Shown here: piece by piece, positions 57,226-64,000 of the stretch
How the letters are laid out: the number at the start of each line of letters is the position of its first letter
How positions within the stretch are numbered: the first letter of the stretch is position 1
Assembly: GCA_002104905.1 (NCBI GenBank)
Contig: MCFE01000295.1
Location: 1-64,000 of the forward strand
Direction: 5' to 3'
From: Basidiobolus meristosporus CBS 931.73
Taxonomy: Eukaryota; Fungi; Basidiobolomycota
DNA: 64,000 bases
Translations under genes and position numbers: made by a program
Notes under the pieces: model-generated
The model's input: the letters and a program-made list of their open reading frames with translations, nothing else
Database searches by the model: none
Told to the model about the DNA's origin: nothing

Positions 57226-60120
57226 GCCTGCACATTAGCTAACAGCAGAGATATTGAAAGTTATCAATTTTGAGAATCTTGGAATTCAGCTGTTATTATG
57301 AAGGTTTTTGCTGGCCTTTTCTTAATTTTTTTCTTAGGGGTTACTGCTTTCTCTATCTGGAGTATTGATTGCTATGCACACATTATCTGCTCATCTGGTT
57401 TCTGGGTTATTTCCTGACTTCTCTGGGCCATTGCATCTATCCTATCAGCCATTGTGCCTCGTTGATTCACTAATGCTTTGGTGTGAACTGATAGCATACT
57501 TGCTAATATGGGTGGTGGTGATGTAATAACAGCCACTTGCTTATCTTCAACTGTAGGTACTGCATGTGCTATACTCTTGGCTGCCTGAGCATAATGATCA
57601 GCTTGCAGCTCCACAGAGATCCTTAATTGCCTACTTGAGTGAGAGCCTGAGGAGTCTTCATTATTACCTTCAGTGGGCAGACTTTCAACATTGCCTCTCT
57701 GGATATTGCCCAGCTTGTTGTACCAAATGCCAAAGCAAGCTGTTGTCCAACTGCTCTTGTGCCCCCATCAGTTGTGGGACTTGGTTGGGAACCAGACAAC
57801 TTAGCTTTATTTTTTGGCAGCATATATATAGACATTAGTTGAACCAAAGGAGAAATAGTGTTATCTATATGTGTGTATGTGGTGCCACTGCTTTATTTAT
57901 AATGCTTACCATGATGGGTCATCATTGCATCCCACATTCTTATGACCCAGAGACTGTGCTGATTCCAGCATATGTTAACAGTTGCATGGCATTCATATCC
58001 AAAAATGCTACCATTGAAATACATCCAAAATGTCAGGAATGCACCGCCATTGAGGGAAAACATTATTCATACTCCAGATATATTGCAATAATACCCCATC
58101 TCAAGAAGCTCATGCAGTCCAACAAATATTGCAAAGCTATAGAGAACTGCACTCAGTATCAACAAGTGCAAGCATATGCAATATATTCAATTGCAAACAT
58201 TACAAACAGCTAAGAAGCAAGGGCTACTTTGAGGGTACAAATAGCCCTGCCTTTGCCTTATCACTTGATGGATTCTCTTCAAGCTAGTACACTGCCAGCA
58301 AATCCTGCTGGCCATTGATTCTCATCAACCTGAATCTGCCACTTATCTTATGATATCAAAGCAAAAATCCTGTGGTAGTCTCACTGGTATCTGGCCTAAA
58401 CACCATCCAACCTGGATAGCTACCTGTATCTATTGCTGGATGATTCTTGTATGCTTTCCAGCAGGATACCACTAAATGGTGGTCATGTCAAAGCACATAT
58501 TAGTATCTGCATTGGAGACACCGCAGCAATCAGCAAGATAGCCAGCTTTTCTGGGCACAATGGATGGTATTTTTATGGACTGTGCAAGATCCAGGGGATT
58601 TACTCCATAATTCACACACAATATTAATACCCAAACACCAACACCAAGAACATCGTCTTTCCACAGAGAGAATGTACAGTAGTCAGCAGGCAATTGCAGC
58701 AAAGCTGGCAAGCTATAAGCCACCAGCCAGGATATGGAATCAATAAGAAGCTGGAGACATGTAAGATAGAGGGTACCTATTGAAGCAAAAGCATTCCACT
58801 GAGAGTAATGCATTGGCTTTTAAGCAATATCCCTATATCAATAGCCAAGTAGTACATAGAGCACATCAAGCTAAAAGAGCCCTTTGAGATACCAGAGAAA
58901 TTTGAAAGAAGTGGCAAGATATTACCAAGTATGTACTACCTTAAGTACTTTCATGGGCTCCAATCAGTATTCATATGCAAATGCAACAATATATATGCAA
59001 AGACTGGATTAAATGAATATGTATTTATTCAGGAGGCATTCTGAAGCCATTTCTACCAAGTGTACATTGGAAGCATTGGGAGTCATATGTGGACATTTTA
59101 GGGATAATTATCCCAAAGTTGATCACCAATGCCAACTTGACACATCTCCAGCTGTTGTGCAAGGAGTTTGTAACAGGATTTGAGTGGCGATACTACAAAC
59201 ATTTAGCTGAATGCATAGATCTCTGCAGCCACTGTATCCATTCTCTACACCATCTTGCATGGTGTGTGGACAATATTGGGCCTTGCCTCACCTTTTGGGA
59301 GATATCTATGTAGCAAATGTGCGGGGAAATAGGAAGACTAGTCAAGTTGCAGGTACTACTTTATCCTAAATTCATCAAGAATATTACCTCAAGTCCATCA
59401 TGGATGTGATGCAATGGTACATGGAGGACAGCCAGGAAGAGTTGGGAAAAACTAAGGATAGATGTGAACATGGAGTCACCTATGCCTATGGAATTAAGAT
59501 GCTAAGCAGCCCCAATGCATGGGCAATCAGTTAAGTAAAGCAAAGTTGGGTTGGGTGCAACAAGCAACTAAATTCTATCAGGAAAGCTTTACCAAGGTAT
59601 GCTGGGCTTCTCTTGGTCACAAGCCAACTTTAACACCATTCAATACAGAATTCACACAAACAGGAGCTAGAGCATACATATAAGGGGGACTAGAATCCAG
59701 CAAGGAGAAGTAATATGTTGGCTAACAACCCAAAAGTTCTTGGCAGATTTTTGGGAGGTTTTAATGGCAGAAGTGGTGCCAACCAAGCATATGTCTACAA
59801 GAAGTATACATTGCCAGCAGTATAAGGTATATGGCAACTTTGCAAGTATCACATAAAAAAGACAGAAAGCTGAGGTAATACAAGTAAGTCAATTGTGGTA
59901 GGTGTGTGCATTTGTAGAGATTGGTGAGCAGGGGGCCACAGTTATTTTTGATTGAACCAGATGTGGAATACCCAAGGTAGTGTTGGGCAAACAAACAATG
60001 AGGGGTGATTCTACAGTGTAATATATGAATTGCACAAGGGGAGGTGGAAAAAAGAAATACCATTTGGTAAATTGGTACGGTAGCACTCTTCAGAACCAGC
60101 TATAGGCCACCATACTGCCA

Positions 60121-62045
60121 TTTAGGATACCATGCAAAGACCTTCAAAAATTAATTGCACCTCTGATTTCACAAAAAACATGGTCAAATTTTTTATCACA
60201 ATGATATAAAGGTGGCTTTTGATTGGTTCCCTGCCAATTAGCTCACTTTCTGATCTCAGATACTCAATCACCTCATAGGTTTGTGTACATTGATTGGCTA
60301 TTGCCTCTTTTCACATTCCTTACTTCCTGACTGCACAGTTTCTTTCACTTTCATGCATACAACTTTGAAGCTTCAGTTGTATCTGAATTGCCAATTGTAA
60401 TGACCTATGCAAGTCCCTATACTCTATACTAACATTAGGCCCAACCCCACTTAACATGTAACTCCATTAAAATCCCCTAATCTACATGTATTTTGGCTGT
60501 AATGCTTTGTTTCCAGGAATTTGACAGGAACCCAACAGCTTTATGCCACTGTTCATTCACTGGTCCCCACATGTCCTGGCCTTCAGCTTGCACTGCAAGG
60601 TCTAGCACTTCATCTGCCAGTCTTTGCAATAAGTCCTTGTAATATCCGAGTGTGTTTTCTTAAGCACTGCTCTTGAAGAAGTGCTGCAACCTCTTGGTGT
60701 AGCTATTGGTGTTCCAAAACTCCACTGAAGGCATTGTGATAGTTTATCACATTCTTGACTTAATATCCTTGTTTGTCAGTGGGATCTCCACTCTGTCAAC
60801 AATGAAGGATGTGGAGGCTGTGGTAGACAAGTTGCTTTTCTCTGCAATCATATCCACCTTGCAAGAGTGTAGCTCAACTGCCCGTTTTTCAACTCTTGTG
60901 AAAGCAGCTGTTTTTGTGATAGTAAATCTTCTTGATTCTGATGGAATTCAGTCTGCTCAGGTATATGGTTTTAATTGGCAAGAACTGCTGTTTTCTTTGC
61001 AAGCTTCCCTATCTCAGGTTTGAGTGAACTGTTTTCCTTTACCTCTCCATTATCACTGCCAGGTCTTTGACTGGTGCTTTGTCTGAGGGCTTCTTGTACT
61101 GAACTACATTTTCACCTTGTCAAATACTTCTCTAACACATCTATTTTAGCCTGCTGTCCCTTACTGGCACACTTCTGGCAACCAGAAGTATTTTGTTCAA
61201 GCTCTCAGCTGTAGTGGTGACAGGCTCCTGGGAAAACTGCTGGTTTGATTACTGCCAGGCTCTTCAATGCTACTTTAACTCAGCACTTATTGAGTGGTAC
61301 TATGCTCTTTGCTTCACAAATCCTGTGCTGGTGCATCCGTGTATACGTACTTGTCCCTTATAGGCACTCTTCCAGCTATCTGACATATCTTTGATGCTTA
61401 TTTCAAGCTTTTGGCCCTGCTTGTAATAGGCTTACAAGGAAGACACTGGTTTTTAGTCGTGGCACCCTTATTCTTCCACCATTGATAGCTTCTGCTATTC
61501 TTGGGATTCATAGCATACTAATGTGGGCCTAAAGCCTGTTTGCCTGTTTCAATCCAGGATAATGCACATGGAACAATTCTGCTTGACCTTGAGTTCCTGA
61601 TGGACCCATGGAGTACCACCCTCAAGGTGAAGGCATGCTAGACTTCTTACAGCCTATTCAGTATTGACCCATGCTTCATTATTGTGCTCAATGGCTTCAC
61701 AGATCTTGAGTACCTTTTGATTTTTAGGCCTTGCTATCAACATTGTACTATCTCCTTCCCATTTTGCAATAGGTTTTTCTGTGGGCTTTATCTTTGGGCA
61801 CCGTTGTTGTGCTTCAACAACTGTATGGTGTTCCTCTGCTGTTATACTGGGAAATGGCTCAATTCTTGGCTGTGACATCAAGCTACTTGAGTTCCTTCTT
61901 TGCAGCTAAGATAATGCTTTCTCTACCTGGGATATTAATTGCTCTACACCTTGTATCTGCTCATCCTGTTTCTGGGCAATTTCCAGATTTCTCTGGGCCA
62001 TTGCATCTATCCTATCAGCCACTGCACCTAATTGCATCACTAATG
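60121..62045. mobile_element. Family Z copy 3 (terminal region plus second-ORF region)
   Basis: Homologous to 48890-49630 and 54317-54935, and to the reverse complement of about 41100-42960. Confidence 0.65.
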
Positions 62046-64000
62046 TACTAATTTTGTCTGTTTAAGTGCCTCTTGGTCACTTGTAGCTATAATTAGGTCA
62101 TCCACATAAAGAACTAGGGTGATCACACCCTTTTTGGGCTGTTTCACATAAATACTGTGATCTGCAGTGCTACAAGAGAGCCCAATTTCCTCTAGATATG
62201 TGTCAATCTTGTTATACTCTGCTTTAGGTGCCTTTTTAAGCCTATACAACAGTTTCTATGTTTGCACATGTTATGGGGGTCTTCTGGATTGGTATACCCT
62301 TCTGGTTGCTCCATATATATAGTTTCTTGCAAATCCCCATTTAGAAAGGCTGTTTTGACATCCATTTAATATAGATCGGAACTATGTGCAGCTGCCATGG
62401 CTGGAACTGTCCTGACAGAGTTAAACTTGGCAACTGGAGCAAATGCTTCCTTAAAGTCTAGTCCCTGGATCTGGGAATAGCCTTCAGCCACCAATCTAGC
62501 CTTGTACTCATCAATGGCACCATTTGAGGTTATCTTGATCTTGTAGATCCATCTACATCCTATTGGCTTTCTTCCATCTGGTAAATCTACCAGTTTGCAT
62601 GTTTTAGCCTTGATCAGTGATTGGTACTCCTCCTGCATGGCTTGTTGCCACATTGTAGCATCTAGACTTTGCATTGCCTGTTCCAGATTCTGGGGTTTGG
62701 CACATAAGGCAAGAGAAGCTTCTTTGTGATCATTGGATGTCTGCCACCAGGATCCAGGGGCATTTCTTATTCTGGTGGATCTCCTAACTGGGATAATCTG
62801 CTCTGATCTGGAACTTGTAGAATTATCTGCAGTATCAGGCTGATTTGGTACGTATCTTCTTCATTAGTTTTGATTGCATCATCAGGTAGCTGGCCAATGA
62901 TTTCAGTGGCTTTGTGATTTGAATTCTTCTCAAATACAACATCCCTACTGCTGAGCAGCTTCTGAGTCTTGCCATCATACACCCTATACCCTTTAGTATC
63001 TCCACAATACCCAAGAAAGTTCCCTTTCTTACTCTTAAACTGCAGTAGTAACAGATTCAGCCCAAATCCTGTAGTCCATTCCCTTATCATGTAGCATAGA
63101 TCTTCCCATCTCTACTATTGTTGTATTTGCACATTCTGCTACTCCATTTTGCTGTGGAGTATGAGGAACTGTGGTTTGTTGAAGTATACCAGTAGATGAG
63201 CAGTATTTTGTAAACTCATTTGAGCAGTATTCTTCTCCATTGTCACTTTGTAGTACCTACAATTTACACCCAGTTTGTGTTTCTGCCATGTTCTTGAAGT
63301 GATTAAACGTCTCTAACACTTCATCCTTCGTTTTGAGGAAGTAAACCCATGTATTTCTTGTTTTATCATACTGTCATAAAGTATCTCTTGGCTCAAAAAA
63401 ACAGTGTTCTCATGGGGTCACATATGTCTCAGTGTACAATAGCCAATATTTTGTTGGTATTGATGCCTTCAAGCTCTTGAACATTGTCTAGATTGTTTGC
63501 CATGTGAACATTGCTTACAAACATTCAACTTGATTGGAATTGAGTATTTTAGGCCCAAAACCAGCTGATTTTCACCAATTGGCCCATTTTCTGATGCCAA
63601 ATGTGCCCTAGCCTTCTATGCCATGTCTCCCAGTTGGTTCTATCAGTTTCAGCAACATTGACATACTCAGGCACAATGATCTTGCATTGTAACTTGTATA
63701 CATTGTGATCTCTGATTCCCAAAGCTGATTTTTCTCCATTCTCACTCAATATTGAGCAGCTCATCTTAGTAAAGACAAATTTCAGTCCCTGAGCAGTTGC
63801 TTTACTGACTGAGAGCAGGTTCCTGGCTATTCCAGGTACATAGAGTATGTCAGTCAGTCTTGCTGTTGTTACCCCTGAGCTATTGCTCATATTAAGTTGT
63901 ATGGACCCACTGGCAGTAGCTTCCAGAGCAGAGTTATCACCCAGATAAACCTTTCTTACAGGAATAGTCTTTAAGTTGCTGAACCACTCCTTTATACTAA
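62046..64000 (-). mobile_element. Older, internally deleted copia family-B copy, running off the window
   Basis: PR/integrase/RT fragments (62040..62249, 62366..62674, 63549..63890) homologous to 50930-53020, with more CpG loss. Confidence 0.9.

Larger units (their letters stand above)
48890..60120 (+). mobile_element. Family Z copy 2, interrupted by two copia-B insertions: second-ORF region (48890-49630, 54317-54935, 57226-57840) and transposase (about 57840-60120)
   Basis: FALSLDGF...SCWPLILINLNLP and GDTAAISK...GHNG...C motifs (Tnp2-like). Sequence on either side of the copia-B TSD is contiguous when compared with 60800-60860. Confidence 0.7.

Noticed and set aside
26300-64000. Ascomycete-type RIP as the cause of repeat decay
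   Set aside because: Differences I could inspect are mostly at CpG, and CA/TG are abundant rather than depleted. A formal dinucleotide analysis is still needed.

Overview
Eukaryotic, fungal DNA, probably an early-diverging lineage such as Zoopagomycota or Mucoromycota. This is inferred from 50-85 nt GT-AG introns, fungal gene families and a mitochondrial cob fragment that uses TGG for every conserved Trp. The window has two sharply different halves. 1-26.3 kb is a CpG-rich gene island: a secreted Gly/Asn/Tyr repeat protein, four short alpha-arrestins, an intronless OsmC-family protein, a GPI-anchored PL14 lyase, an orphan membrane protein, a Kre9/Knh1-like GPI protein, ALO1/GULO-like lactone oxidase, GILT-like thiol reductase, GH18 chitinase, SWD2, APS kinase and SAC3. 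26.3-64 kb is a CpG-depleted nest of transposons: two Ty1/copia families (each with one full-length copy and TSD), a Ty3/gypsy remnant, a solo LTR, a two-ORF CMC/EnSpm-like DNA transposon family, a 209-bp MITE with 10-bp-phased repeats, and a cob NUMT inside a copia LTR. The best candidates for new biology are the resilin/silk-like secreted protein, the phased-repeat MITE, the apparently mitochondrion-targeted bacterial-type OsmC, and the methylation-driven decay signatures. Three single-base frameshifts in short homopolymer runs in ALO1 and SWD2 are probably assembly errors. All alignments, exon structures and identity estimates were made by eye.
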